The translations under genes were made by a program, and so were the position numbers. A stretch of DNA of 38,963 bases, taken from IMG/VR virus record IMGVR_UViG_3300040807_003040, positions 1 to 38,963 of that record. One strand, 5' to 3'. Positions 17,791 through 26,533 of the stretch are shown piece by piece. Under the pieces are notes generated by a model that saw only the letters and a program-made list of their open reading frames with translations, was not told where the DNA came from and did no database searches. How positions within the stretch are numbered: position 1 is the stretch's first letter; every line of letters starts with the position of its first letter. This DNA is from a virus. Lineage: Duplodnaviria; Caudoviricetes.

Positions 17791-18599
17791 GGTACGGCCA
17801 CCGCCTCCGCGTCCGCGTCGTGGGCGCCGGCCGCGCCGTGACCGTGGACACGGTAGACGGCGACGGCCCCACGGTGGAGATCAAACTGGCACGGACGGCC
17901 GACACCACAGCAGACGAGGCACAGGTCACGGTCTACGGTCTCCGCCCCGGGTACCTCTCCGAGCTAGTCCGGGACGGCGCCACGTGTCAGATCTCCGCCG
18001 GCCTCGGGTCCCTCTCCGGACTGTGTACCGGCCGGATCGTCCCCGGGTCCTACGCGGACGGGGTGAGCGGTCAGGACCGCGTGACCTCGTGGACCATCCT
18101 AGACGGACGCGGAGAACTGAGGGACGTCACGGTCTCCCGGGCCTGGAGGTCCACGGACTCCGCCGCCGTGTGGGACTACCTCGTGGCTCAGTCCGGCCTC
18201 CCCCTCGGTAGCCTCCGCCCTGGCCGGGTGGTCCAGTACCCCCGCGGCTACGTCCTGGCCGGCGGGTGGCGTCGGGAGGCGGAGAGGATCGCCGCGGCCA
18301 CCGGGTCCCGGTTCGTCGTCCAGTCTGGGACCCTCCAGGTATGGCCGGACGGGGAGACCCTCACGGCGCGGCGCCTAGTCCTCGGACCCGATCAGATCGT
18401 GGGCGATCCCGCCTCCGTGGACGGGGGACGCGTCCGGGTGGCCACGGTCTACACCGGGCGCCCCGTCAACCCCGGCGACACGTGGCGGATCGAGGGCGGA
18501 GAGTACGCCGGGATCTGGACCGCGGAGGCCACGGAGTGGACCCTCTCCTCCGGGCGGACCCCCTCGTGGTATATGGTCCTGACCGGGAGGAGATCATGA
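17787..18599 (+). CDS. Baseplate hub protein
   Basis: DEAQVTVYGL, CQISAG, YPRGYVLAG, FVVQSGTLQV; 270 aa; precedes spike. Confidence 0.75.
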   Translation: MRYGHRLRVRVVGAGRAVTVDTVDGDGPTVEIKLARTADTTADEAQVTVYGLRPGYLSELVRDGATCQISAGLGSLSGLCTGRIVPGSYADGVSGQDRVTSWTILDGRGELRDVTVSRAWRSTDSAAVWDYLVAQSGLPLGSLRPGRVVQYPRGYVLAGGWRREAERIAAATGSRFVVQSGTLQVWPDGETLTARRLVLGPDQIVGDPASVDGGRVRVATVYTGRPVNPGDTWRIEGGEYAGIWTAEATEWTLSSGRTPSWYMVLTGRRS

Positions 18600-19261
18600 G
18601 CGACACCGCGCGCCCGCGCCTCGTGTCCGCCCTGGCCGCCTGGAGCAAGGCCGCCGCGGCGGAGGTGGTGGTGGCCCGATCCGCGGAGGTCGTGGACGTG
18701 GACGCGGACGGCTGTGTCTCCGTCCGGATGCTCACGCCGATCCAGGAGGTGGTGGCCGGGGCGCCCCGCTGGGTGGAGGCCCCGATCCTCCCCCGGATCC
18801 CCGTGGCTTATATGAGCCTCGGAGACCTCACGATCACGGCCGCGCCGTCGATCGGGGACCGCGGCCTCGTCTTGGTCCGGGACGTGGCCCACGGAGAGGT
18901 GGACGACGGTCAAGGGGGCGCCGTGGTCTCCCCGGAGGACCCGCGGCGGTGGGACCCCGTGGACGCGGTATATCTCCCGGTAGCCCTCACGGACTCCACC
19001 TGGGACACGGCCAAGACCCCCGCCACCGGGGGCGCCGTCGTCCTGGCCGCCGGGACGGCCCTCCACGTGGGGAGCGCCTCCGCGGCCTCCGCGGTGGCCC
19101 TGGCTCAAGAGACCAATTCACGCCTGGACGCCCTGGAGACGTTCGCGGCTGCTCACGTCCACACGGGCGGGACTCTCACGGGTGGGCTCACTGGTCCACA
19201 GAATGGCACCGCCCCCTCCGGGTCCTCCGTGGCCTCCTCCCGCCTATACACGGACGACTGA
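18596..19261 (+). CDS. Baseplate spike (gpV/Gp138-like)
   Basis: PILPRIPV..ITAAPSIGDRGLV, RRWDPVDAVYLP, C-terminal HVH metal-binding motif. Confidence 0.85.
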   Translation: MSDTARPRLVSALAAWSKAAAAEVVVARSAEVVDVDADGCVSVRMLTPIQEVVAGAPRWVEAPILPRIPVAYMSLGDLTITAAPSIGDRGLVLVRDVAHGEVDDGQGGAVVSPEDPRRWDPVDAVYLPVALTDSTWDTAKTPATGGAVVLAAGTALHVGSASAASAVALAQETNSRLDALETFAAAHVHTGGTLTGGLTGPQNGTAPSGSSVASSRLYTDD

Positions 19262-19285
19262 GGCCGCGCGTGGTATGGTGACGCT

Positions 19286-19717
19286 ATGCCCTACGCCACG
19301 GACAGCACAGGCGCGATCTCCTTCCCCCTCCGCCCGGCGGACGGCGTGGAGGCCGTGGTGATCCGACTCACCACGAGACTCCAGACGATCCAAGGTGAGT
19401 GGCCCTCCGATACCTCGATCGGCCTCCCGTGGCTGGACTGGATAGAGGCGGGGCGCGTCCCCCCGGCGGAGGCTGAGGCCCTCGTGCGTGGACAGGTGGA
19501 GGACGATCCCGCCGTCGTCTCCGTGGACGCCGTGACCGTGGCCACCACGGGGGAGGCTGTGGCCCTGACCGTCCGCGCGACGATCGCCACCGAGGGCGCC
19601 ACGGCGCCCGTGGTCCTGACCGTTGGATCGGACCCCTACGCGACGCGGGCCGCGCCGCCGTGGTATTTATCCTCAGGCGCGCTGCGATACACGCGGGGCG
19701 CCCTCTGGGGCGCGTGA
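19286..19717 (+). CDS. Baseplate wedge/sheath initiator (gp25/gpW-like)
   Basis: RLQTIQGEWPSDTSIGLPW motif; between spike and J. Confidence 0.75.
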   Translation: MPYATDSTGAISFPLRPADGVEAVVIRLTTRLQTIQGEWPSDTSIGLPWLDWIEAGRVPPAEAEALVRGQVEDDPAVVSVDAVTVATTGEAVALTVRATIATEGATAPVVLTVGSDPYATRAAPPWYLSSGALRYTRGALWGA

Positions 19718-20880
19718 TGGGGACTTTTACGGATAGCGGCTACACCCCCGCCACGGCGGGACAATTGACGGATGAGATCCGGGACGCCATCGACACGGAG
19801 ATCGGCGCTCAGGACTACGGGACCGCCTCCACCCCGACGATCGCGGGTGGCTGGACTCTCGGGCTCGGGGCCACCCTGGCCGCACAGGAGGAGCGGGCCG
19901 CCCTCCTCGTGGACGCCGTGGACCCACGGACGGCGCGCGGCGCCCTCCTGGACGGACACGCGGACGCGGTGGCGATCACGAGGCAGGCCGCCACCTCCTC
20001 GATCTATGTGATCCGCGGCGCCACCGCCTCCGGGGTCTCCACCCTCCGCGCCGGGGACATCCTCCAGGACGACACGGACGCGGCCAATTTGTGGGCCGTC
20101 GTGACCACGGTCACGGTCACCACGGCGGACACCCTGATCACGGTCCAGGCTCAGGCCACCGGGCCGATCGTCCTGGATACCGTACTAAACACGTTTTTCA
20201 CGCCGATCACGCCGATCACCAACGCCCCCGCCATGAGTTACCGATCCTCGTTTGGGGACCCGTTCACGATCGGATCCGCGCGTGAGACGGATCCGGAGCT
20301 ACGCGTGAGGATGCAACGCTCACGGGCGGCGGTACCCTCCCCCACGCGGGACGGGATCCGATCCGGCCTCCTGGCCCTCACGTGGATCCAGGCCGCGTCT
20401 ATCGTGAGGACCGCGCCTCACACGATCGCCGCCTACATCTACCCCACCCCCGCCACCGCCACCCAAGAGCAGGAGGCGATCGACGCGGTGGGGTACCGCG
20501 TGGCCGCCGGGACCCTCACCACGGCCGGCACGGGGACCACCGTGTCCGGGAACTACACGACGGCGGACGGGTCCACCGTGGCGATCGTCCTCACGGTCCC
20601 CGCGGCTCAGACCGTGGACGTCGTGGTGGCCCTTACCTACGCGGCGGGACTCTCCACGGCGGACCAAGCCACCGCCCGGACGGACGCGGAGGCCGTGATC
20701 GTGTCGGTGTTTTCCGCCCTGGACGTGGGACAGGCCCTATCCTACGCCGGGACCTACTGCGCGATCTATGACGTGGAGGGCGTGATCGGCCTCACGCTCA
20801 CGCTGGACGGCGGGACCTCGGACGTATCCCCCGCCACCTCCACCACCCAACTCACGCGCGGCACGGTCACGATCACATGA
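19717..20880 (+). CDS. Baseplate J-like wedge protein
   Basis: DPRTARGALLD, VQAQATG, RETDPELRVRM, LDVGQ..Y..IYDVEGV; TGATG coupling. Confidence 0.85.
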   Translation: MGTFTDSGYTPATAGQLTDEIRDAIDTEIGAQDYGTASTPTIAGGWTLGLGATLAAQEERAALLVDAVDPRTARGALLDGHADAVAITRQAATSSIYVIRGATASGVSTLRAGDILQDDTDAANLWAVVTTVTVTTADTLITVQAQATGPIVLDTVLNTFFTPITPITNAPAMSYRSSFGDPFTIGSARETDPELRVRMQRSRAAVPSPTRDGIRSGLLALTWIQAASIVRTAPHTIAAYIYPTPATATQEQEAIDAVGYRVAAGTLTTAGTGTTVSGNYTTADGSTVAIVLTVPAAQTVDVVVALTYAAGLSTADQATARTDAEAVIVSVFSALDVGQALSYAGTYCAIYDVEGVIGLTLTLDGGTSDVSPATSTTQLTRGTVTIT

Positions 20881-21455
20881 GCGATCACACCTACCCCGGG
20901 ATCGACGACTGGAGGCGGGACACGCTGGACCGCGCGCCCTCACGCTCACGCGCGGGGGACGGGGCGGAGTGGTATGTCGGGCTCACGCGGACGGCGGCGG
21001 ATCTGGAGCTAGTCCTGGAGGGCGTGGCCCGGGAGATCGGAGACCTGGAGGCGGCGGGGCGTTACGTCCTGGACGCGCGGGGCGCCCTCTATGGCGTGGA
21101 CGCGGCCGGGGTCTCCACCGAGGAGCTACGACGCCTCACGATCGGGGCGCGCGCCGCCATGGCCTCCACCGGGACGGACGCCACCCTGTATCGCATGTGG
21201 ACCGCCCTCACGGGTTCCGAGGACGTCCAGGTCCGGGTGGTAGGCGTGACCTCACGCTCAGTCTACCTCTCCGCGCGGATCTCGTTTGTCCCGTCGTCCT
21301 CGTGGCTCAGGGCCGCGGGGCGTATCGTGGACCGATCCGTGGAGGCCGGGATGGACTGGAGCGCCGTCGTCCACGTGGGCGGCGTGCTACAGTGGGGCGC
21401 GGCGCCGCCGGGATGGGGCGCCGGGACGTGGGCTTATCCACTCGTGAGACCGTGA
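20877..21455 (+). CDS. Baseplate wedge protein (gpI/DUF2612-like)
   Basis: AAGRYVLDARGALYGV..STEELRRL..STGT; follows J. Confidence 0.7.
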   Translation: MSDHTYPGIDDWRRDTLDRAPSRSRAGDGAEWYVGLTRTAADLELVLEGVAREIGDLEAAGRYVLDARGALYGVDAAGVSTEELRRLTIGARAAMASTGTDATLYRMWTALTGSEDVQVRVVGVTSRSVYLSARISFVPSSSWLRAAGRIVDRSVEAGMDWSAVVHVGGVLQWGAAPPGWGAGTWAYPLVRP

Positions 21456-21464
21456 GGGGTTGAC

Positions 21465-22448
21465 ATGGCAAGACCAACAGTGATCCCGGAGTGGGCCACG
21501 GCGATCACGCCGGCCACCCCGTCCGCCGGATCCCTCCAGTCCGGCGCGGTGGCCGGTCAAGCCGCCAACCCGGACGACGCAAATTGGGCCTGGAAGTACA
21601 ATTCACAGTGGGCCACGTACCTCTCCGAGCTATCCAGCGCCACAGCAGTCCTGGACGGCGTGGGACAGGTGGGGACGGATAGCTCTATGCTATCTCTCCT
21701 CGGGTCCACGGTGGCGATCGTGGGCGGATCCGTGACCGCGGAAAAAGTGACCGTCTCCGCCACGGACGGCGCCTGGACCCTCTCACAGGCGGGAGGCACG
21801 GGCGCGATCCTTGCGTGGGACGACGCGATCGGGGTTGCGTCATTATTCGGAGTGGCCGCCACCGCCGGGACCGTGACGGACGCGCTCAGATTCGCCTACA
21901 CTCACAGCGGCCTCACGGCCACGCCGCTAACGATTGAGTACCAACTCACGGATGGCCCGGGAGGTTGGACGGCCCTCACGGGTGGCAGTCAGGACATATA
22001 TCTGAGCTATGACCTAGCCGGCGGCGGTGGCGTCCTGTATCACTACGACAATTCCTCCAGCGGTACGATCTTCCTGTATTATCGGGACCTATCCTGGATC
22101 CTCGGACGGAACCCGGAGGCCACCGCGGCCTCCACCGCCGTCCATGAGATCGTGAGTATTGCCGGGGGCTACGACGCCACCAACGGCGCTGGGGGATCGA
22201 TCCTCGTCCAGATGTGCGCGGAGGCCCGATCGACCGGCGCGATCACGGTGCTTCTCACGCTACCCTCCACCGGGACGGGACACACGGGCGGCCCCGCCAC
22301 GGACACGGATAGCCTGGCCAGCCCTCACGCCGTGGACCTCTCCGCGAATCGGTACTATCTCCGCGTCCAGGTCGTGGGCGCCGGATCGGCCGGCTACGTC
22401 AAGGCGGAGGATCTCAAGCTCACGATCAGAAAATCCGCGGTGGAGTAG
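21465..22448 (+). CDS. Tail fibre/receptor-binding protein
   Basis: MARPTVIPEWA..NWAWKYNSQWATYL baseplate-anchoring N-terminus; Gly/Ser/Thr-rich. Confidence 0.65.
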   Translation: MARPTVIPEWATAITPATPSAGSLQSGAVAGQAANPDDANWAWKYNSQWATYLSELSSATAVLDGVGQVGTDSSMLSLLGSTVAIVGGSVTAEKVTVSATDGAWTLSQAGGTGAILAWDDAIGVASLFGVAATAGTVTDALRFAYTHSGLTATPLTIEYQLTDGPGGWTALTGGSQDIYLSYDLAGGGGVLYHYDNSSSGTIFLYYRDLSWILGRNPEATAASTAVHEIVSIAGGYDATNGAGGSILVQMCAEARSTGAITVLLTLPSTGTGHTGGPATDTDSLASPHAVDLSANRYYLRVQVVGAGSAGYVKAEDLKLTIRKSAVE

Positions 22449-22451
22449 TCC

Positions 22452-23282
22452 ATGAGCAGCGACCTACAGACACGATCGATCCAACTCGCGATCCAGTCCA
22501 CCGGGACCAACCCGGAACTCAGCCGGGACGTCCTGGACGCCACCGTGGCCCCCACGGCTCAGGGTACCGGCTACGACGTGGGCGCGGCCCTCTATGGGAC
22601 CGTGAGGCTCCACATGAGGCGCGGGGGGCCGTCTATGGTCGTGGACCTCCAGATCACCACGCCGGACCTCACGACGGGCGTCACCTACACGGCCACCGTG
22701 GACGGTAACGCCGTGGTGTATACCGTCCCCGCCTCCCCACCCGCGGACGTGGCCGCCCTCGTGGCCGCTATCCGGGACGCGATCAACGGGGACGCCACCG
22801 TGGGCGGCCTCGTGACCGCCACCGCGATCGACAGGACCGCCACCGGGGACGCCGGCGGGACCTCGTTCGACACCGTGAGGCTCACGTGGGACACGCCCAC
22901 GGCCTCCGCCCTCGTGTGGGCGATCTCCGGGTCCACCGCGCGGGCCACGGTCTACGCGGACCCGGAGGACGCGCGCCTGCGCGTTTACGGCGCGTGGTCC
23001 ACAGCCTCCGTGAGCACGCGTCTAGCCGCGGAGTATGACGACTTGGAGAGGTCCAGGGCGTGGGAGATCCTACGCGGATCGGACGGGACGGCGGCAGACG
23101 TCACGGTGGCGGACGGCCTCGGATACGCTCAGCCGATCTACGTGGCCGAATTGGCCAGCGTGAGGCCCTACCTCACGGGGATCGGAAACACCCTGGTCAC
23201 CACGACCACGACCACCACGATCCCGACGATCACGGTACAGACACCGCTAGTCCTCGTCACCTTCGGCCGGGTGGCGTCGTGA
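22452..23282 (+). CDS. Putative virion structural protein
   Basis: Thr-rich beta protein with segment YTATVDG..VAALVAAIRDAING resembling the decoration-protein inserts. Confidence 0.55.
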   Translation: MSSDLQTRSIQLAIQSTGTNPELSRDVLDATVAPTAQGTGYDVGAALYGTVRLHMRRGGPSMVVDLQITTPDLTTGVTYTATVDGNAVVYTVPASPPADVAALVAAIRDAINGDATVGGLVTATAIDRTATGDAGGTSFDTVRLTWDTPTASALVWAISGSTARATVYADPEDARLRVYGAWSTASVSTRLAAEYDDLERSRAWEILRGSDGTAADVTVADGLGYAQPIYVAELASVRPYLTGIGNTLVTTTTTTTIPTITVQTPLVLVTFGRVAS

Positions 23283-23998
23283 CCCGGCCCCTGTTCGGAT
23301 CCCGTGGACTATGGCCGGCCGTGAGCGCCGGGACCCCCGCCGCCGCGTGGGAGGTCCTCCGGTACGCGGACGCGGCGACCACCTATGCCAACGGCGCCCA
23401 GACCACCACGATCGCGGACGACGGGGACGGCTACCTCCTCCTCACGTCGGACGATGACGGGACGGTGGGAGACTACCCCTCCCGCATGAAATCCGTAGCC
23501 TGGACCCTCCCCGCGCGCGTTAACGCGGTGGGGCCGGGCGGTTATGGCGTCCTCCTCCGTGCCACGCTGGACACACAGCCGGCCCTCGGAACGGCGTTCA
23601 ATTTCGGGATCGGGCTCACGGACGGGGACCCCGGGGTCTCCGGGGCCGCCACCCTGATCGCCGGCCTCCGGTACACCACGACCAACGGCAGCCTATACGC
23701 CTCGAAACGAGGCGGAGGCGGGGCGGATAAGGTTGAAGTGTGGACGACGCCGGCCACGCTGGCTGAGGTGTACGTGAGCCCCTCCGCGTCTCAGATCCAC
23801 CTCAATCAGATCGACGTGTACGGCCTGGACGCGGCGCGGACGGCCAACACGGACGCCACGATCCAACAGCAGGATAACACGGCATACACGGCCCCCCTCC
23901 AGGTCCTCCTCGCATGGGGCCGGGACTCCAACACGTCCAGCGGCGCCGTGAGCCTCCGCGCCAAATTCGAGGCCCTGTGGTATCAGTTGCCGTATTAG
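23279..23998 (+). CDS. Putative virion protein (beta-sandwich, possible receptor binding)
   Basis: GTG 23279 overlaps the previous stop; 239 aa; last gene of the structural block. Confidence 0.5.
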   Translation: MTRPLFGSRGLWPAVSAGTPAAAWEVLRYADAATTYANGAQTTTIADDGDGYLLLTSDDDGTVGDYPSRMKSVAWTLPARVNAVGPGGYGVLLRATLDTQPALGTAFNFGIGLTDGDPGVSGAATLIAGLRYTTTNGSLYASKRGGGGADKVEVWTTPATLAEVYVSPSASQIHLNQIDVYGLDAARTANTDATIQQQDNTAYTAPLQVLLAWGRDSNTSSGAVSLRAKFEALWYQLPY

Positions 23999-24015
23999 TT
24001 AGGCCGTGCTAACCT
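23998..24015 (+). promoter_or_regulatory. GTTAG-N6-CTAAC palindrome overlapping extended -10 (TGcTAACCT)
   Basis: GTTAGGCCGTGCTAAC 23998-24013; same motif at 28126 and 28156. Confidence 0.6.
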
Positions 24016-24034
24016 CCCGGGAGGAGGTAGCACC

Positions 24035-25156
24035 ATGCACCACAGACCAACGACGATCACTCTTGCCGCCCGGACGTGTCCTCACGCCGTGACCCTCTAC
24101 GAACAGGGCGCCGCCCGGGACCGGCGGATCTTTCACGCCGGGACCGCGTGCCACGAGTATCTCCGCGCCCTCGTGGACGGGGACGACCTGGACGCCCTCT
24201 ATCGTGAGCTAATCGCCACCGGGCGGACGGGGGAGGACGCTGAGGGACCCCTGGCCCTGGACTCCGTGGCCGCCGGGTGGGACCTGGCCCGCGCGTGGGA
24301 TCGGGTCCACCCCATCCCGGACGGGGCGGAGGCGGAGGTCCCCCTGGCCATGGACGCGGAGGGGCGCCCGTGCGCCTACGACGCCGGCCACGTCCGGACG
24401 CGGATCGACCTGATCGCGCCGTACTATGATGAGGATGAGGACGCGGAGGGGATCCGCGTCATGGACTACAAAACCGCGTGGACCGCGGAGACCCAACTGG
24501 ACACGATGCAGCGCCGGATCCAGGCCGTCCTAGCCTGGGACGCCTACCCGGACGCGGAGATCGTCCGCCTGGAGATCGGGGCCGTCCGGACGCGTAAAGT
24601 CCACGCGCGGACCCTGTACCGGGAACACGATCAGGACGTGATCGACGCGTGGCGCCATGACATCCTCCAGGCCGCCGCCGCCCTCTCCGAGACCCGGGAG
24701 CCCTCCCCCGGTGGCGCGTGCCTCTCGTGTGAGTACGCTCACGCCTGCGATCACGCGTGGACCCTGGCCACGGATGAGGACGCGGATCCCGTCCTCCGGT
24801 GGGCCGCCGCGGAGGGCGTCCGCGCCGCCGTGGCACCCCTGGCCCGGGAGGCTACCAAGGCCGCCCCGCGCCACGGGATCGGCTACTCGGAGTCTGTAAG
24901 GCCCGGGACGGACGGGACCACCCCGGAGACCGTGGTGGCATTCTGGGAAGCTGGCACGGGGATCGCCCTCCCGGCGGAGTACCGCGGCGCGATCGTGGGC
25001 CTCGTGTCCAGCCTCAAGATCGGCGCCACCCAGATCAAGGGGATCGCCTCCGCCCTCACGGCGCGGGGCAAGGGCGGCAAGCCGGCGCGCGACGAATTCA
25101 CCGCCGCGGCCCTCCCGGCTGAGTCCGTGTCCAAGCGGTGGGGGGTGATCAAGTGA
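24035..25156 (+). CDS. PD-(D/E)XK exonuclease, RecB/Cas4/AddB-like with Fe-S cysteines
   Basis: CP near N-terminus, GTACHEYL, EVPL, RIDLI, MDYKT, Q, CLSCEYAHAC. Confidence 0.88.
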   Translation: MHHRPTTITLAARTCPHAVTLYEQGAARDRRIFHAGTACHEYLRALVDGDDLDALYRELIATGRTGEDAEGPLALDSVAAGWDLARAWDRVHPIPDGAEAEVPLAMDAEGRPCAYDAGHVRTRIDLIAPYYDEDEDAEGIRVMDYKTAWTAETQLDTMQRRIQAVLAWDAYPDAEIVRLEIGAVRTRKVHARTLYREHDQDVIDAWRHDILQAAAALSETREPSPGGACLSCEYAHACDHAWTLATDEDADPVLRWAAAEGVRAAVAPLAREATKAAPRHGIGYSESVRPGTDGTTPETVVAFWEAGTGIALPAEYRGAIVGLVSSLKIGATQIKGIASALTARGKGGKPARDEFTAAALPAESVSKRWGVIK

Positions 25157-25329
25157 AGACGATCGACACACGACGCGGACGCGTGACCGTGACCCGGACG
25201 GAGACGCACTACGTGATCGCCGGCCCGTCCGGAGAGCACCGCCTCAGGATAGACCGAACCAACGCCCGCCGCCTGGACGCCCACGTGGCCGGGTTTGTGG
25301 CCTGGAATAACAGACCAGACGACAGTTAG
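25153..25329 (+). CDS. Small hypothetical protein (58 aa)
   Basis: GTGA overlap with the nuclease stop. Confidence 0.55.
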   Translation: MKTIDTRRGRVTVTRTETHYVIAGPSGEHRLRIDRTNARRLDAHVAGFVAWNNRPDDS

Positions 25330-25391
25330 CCCGGGTTTACCTGGACTCTGAGCCGGGCCGCGTCTTTGTCCATTGGGGCCGGCGCCGGCGC

Positions 25392-25527
25392 CCGTCCCGG
25401 GGGGTGGTCCTCCGGGGCGGTTTTTTTTGCGTGCCGTGTCGCTTTATTGTTGCGCGTTATCTCGTGCCGTGTTCTTATACAGTCACCGGCGGGACGGACC
25501 ATCCCCGCGGTAAGGAGAGACGACATG
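25392..25527 (+). repeat. Cassette regulatory repeat copy 3 with its own terminator
   Basis: Hairpin 25392-25420 plus T8; TTATTGTTGCGCGTTATC; CGGACCA-loop hairpin; AAGGAGAGACGACATG. Confidence 0.85.
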
Positions 25528-25971
25528 ACCAACGCAGTGACCAACCCCGCAGCCCTCCCCGTCAACGCCCAGATCCACGCGGACGGCCTCACGGTCTCCT
25601 ACGACGATCACGCGTGGGGAGAGCGGGATGAGGTGACCCTCCCCACCCGCGACCACGCGCGGATCCTCGTGGCCCTCCTGGCCATGGCCGAGGCCGCCGG
25701 CCTGGAGATCCTCGGAGCGCGGGCCTACCGGAGCGGGTCCACCTATATCGTGTCCGTGGACGTGGAGGCGGACGTCCTCGGAGTGTGCCCCTCCCTCACG
25801 TGGCGGACGTGCTCCGGAAGGCACGGCCTGAGCGGGTTCGCATACACCGGGACCCCGGAGGGTCAGCGCCGCGTCCGCGCCGCCCTCCGGGAGCGCCTCC
25901 TCTCCTCGGAGGACCGCGCCTGGGGCGTGGAGCCGGGGGACATCCTCCACCGGTACACCCCGGCCAAGTGA
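25525..25971 (+). CDS. Hypothetical protein (148 aa), cassette gene
   Basis: Start from repeat copy 3; terminator immediately downstream. Confidence 0.75.
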   Translation: MTNAVTNPAALPVNAQIHADGLTVSYDDHAWGERDEVTLPTRDHARILVALLAMAEAAGLEILGARAYRSGSTYIVSVDVEADVLGVCPSLTWRTCSGRHGLSGFAYTGTPEGQRRVRAALRERLLSSEDRAWGVEPGDILHRYTPAK

Positions 25972-25980
25972 GCCAACCCC

Positions 25981-26007
25981 GCCGCCCCCTCCCGGGGCGG
26001 CTTTTTT
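25981..26007 (+). terminator. Intrinsic terminator
   Basis: GCCGCCCC-loop-GGGGCGGC followed by T6. Confidence 0.8.
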
Positions 26008-26018
26008 GTGAGGTGAGC

Positions 26019-26231
26019 ATGAGACCGACTGAGACCGCGGGCCTACTCGTGGACGATTTGACGGGGGCCGTAGAGCGCCTCCAGGGCCACCTGGGACGCG
26101 GCGCCCCGGCGGAGGTAGACGCGGAGGTCCTGGAGATCATGACGCGCCTGAGGGACCTGGAGCGCCACCTCATAGCCACCGGGGGCCTGGACCCTGACCG
26201 GCTACCGTGGCGCCCTCTCCGCCTCTGCTAA
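26019..26231 (+). CDS. Small helical hypothetical protein (70 aa)
   Basis: GAGGTG SD; converges on the XRE gene with overlapping stops. Confidence 0.55.
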   Translation: MRPTETAGLLVDDLTGAVERLQGHLGRGAPAEVDAEVLEIMTRLRDLERHLIATGGLDPDRLPWRPLRLC

Positions 26232-26500
26232 ACGGCGCGGAGGACGGCCACGAGGTCCGAGACGTCCACGCCGGGGGCGTCCACCTCCAGGACATCCAGG
26301 AGGGCTGCTGAGCACAGCCGATCCCACGCCTCCCCGGCGGCCACCTCACGGAGGCGGAGGACATCCCCGATCGTGGTCCGACACCGGCCTGAGCGGCGCT
26401 GTGAGACGGCGGGGCCGGTCACGTGGAGCGCCGCCGCCACCGTCTCCCGTGTGAGGCTGTGGTGGTCCATATACGCCACGAGGGCGGCCGGGGTTCTCAT
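26228..26500 (-). CDS. XRE-family HTH transcriptional regulator
   Basis: LTRETVAAALHVTGPAVSQRRSG HTH; GGAGG SD. Confidence 0.75.
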   Translation of the reverse strand: MRTPAALVAYMDHHSLTRETVAAALHVTGPAVSQRRSGRCRTTIGDVLRLREVAAGEAWDRLCSAALLDVLEVDAPGVDVSDLVAVLRAV

Positions 26501-26533
26501 GTGGTCCTCCAGGGGGTAAGAGCCCCGTAACCG

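Noticed and set aside
23205-23232. ACC/ACG microsatellite (poly-Thr) as a contingency locus
   Set aside because: Imperfect in-frame codon run; slippage would not alter frame, and it is consistent with a simple linker.
23998-24013. Integron attC site (GTTAGGC matches GTTRRRY)
   Set aside because: Arm order is opposite to attC (RYYYAAC...GTTRRRY), there is no long imperfect hairpin, and no integron integrase is present.
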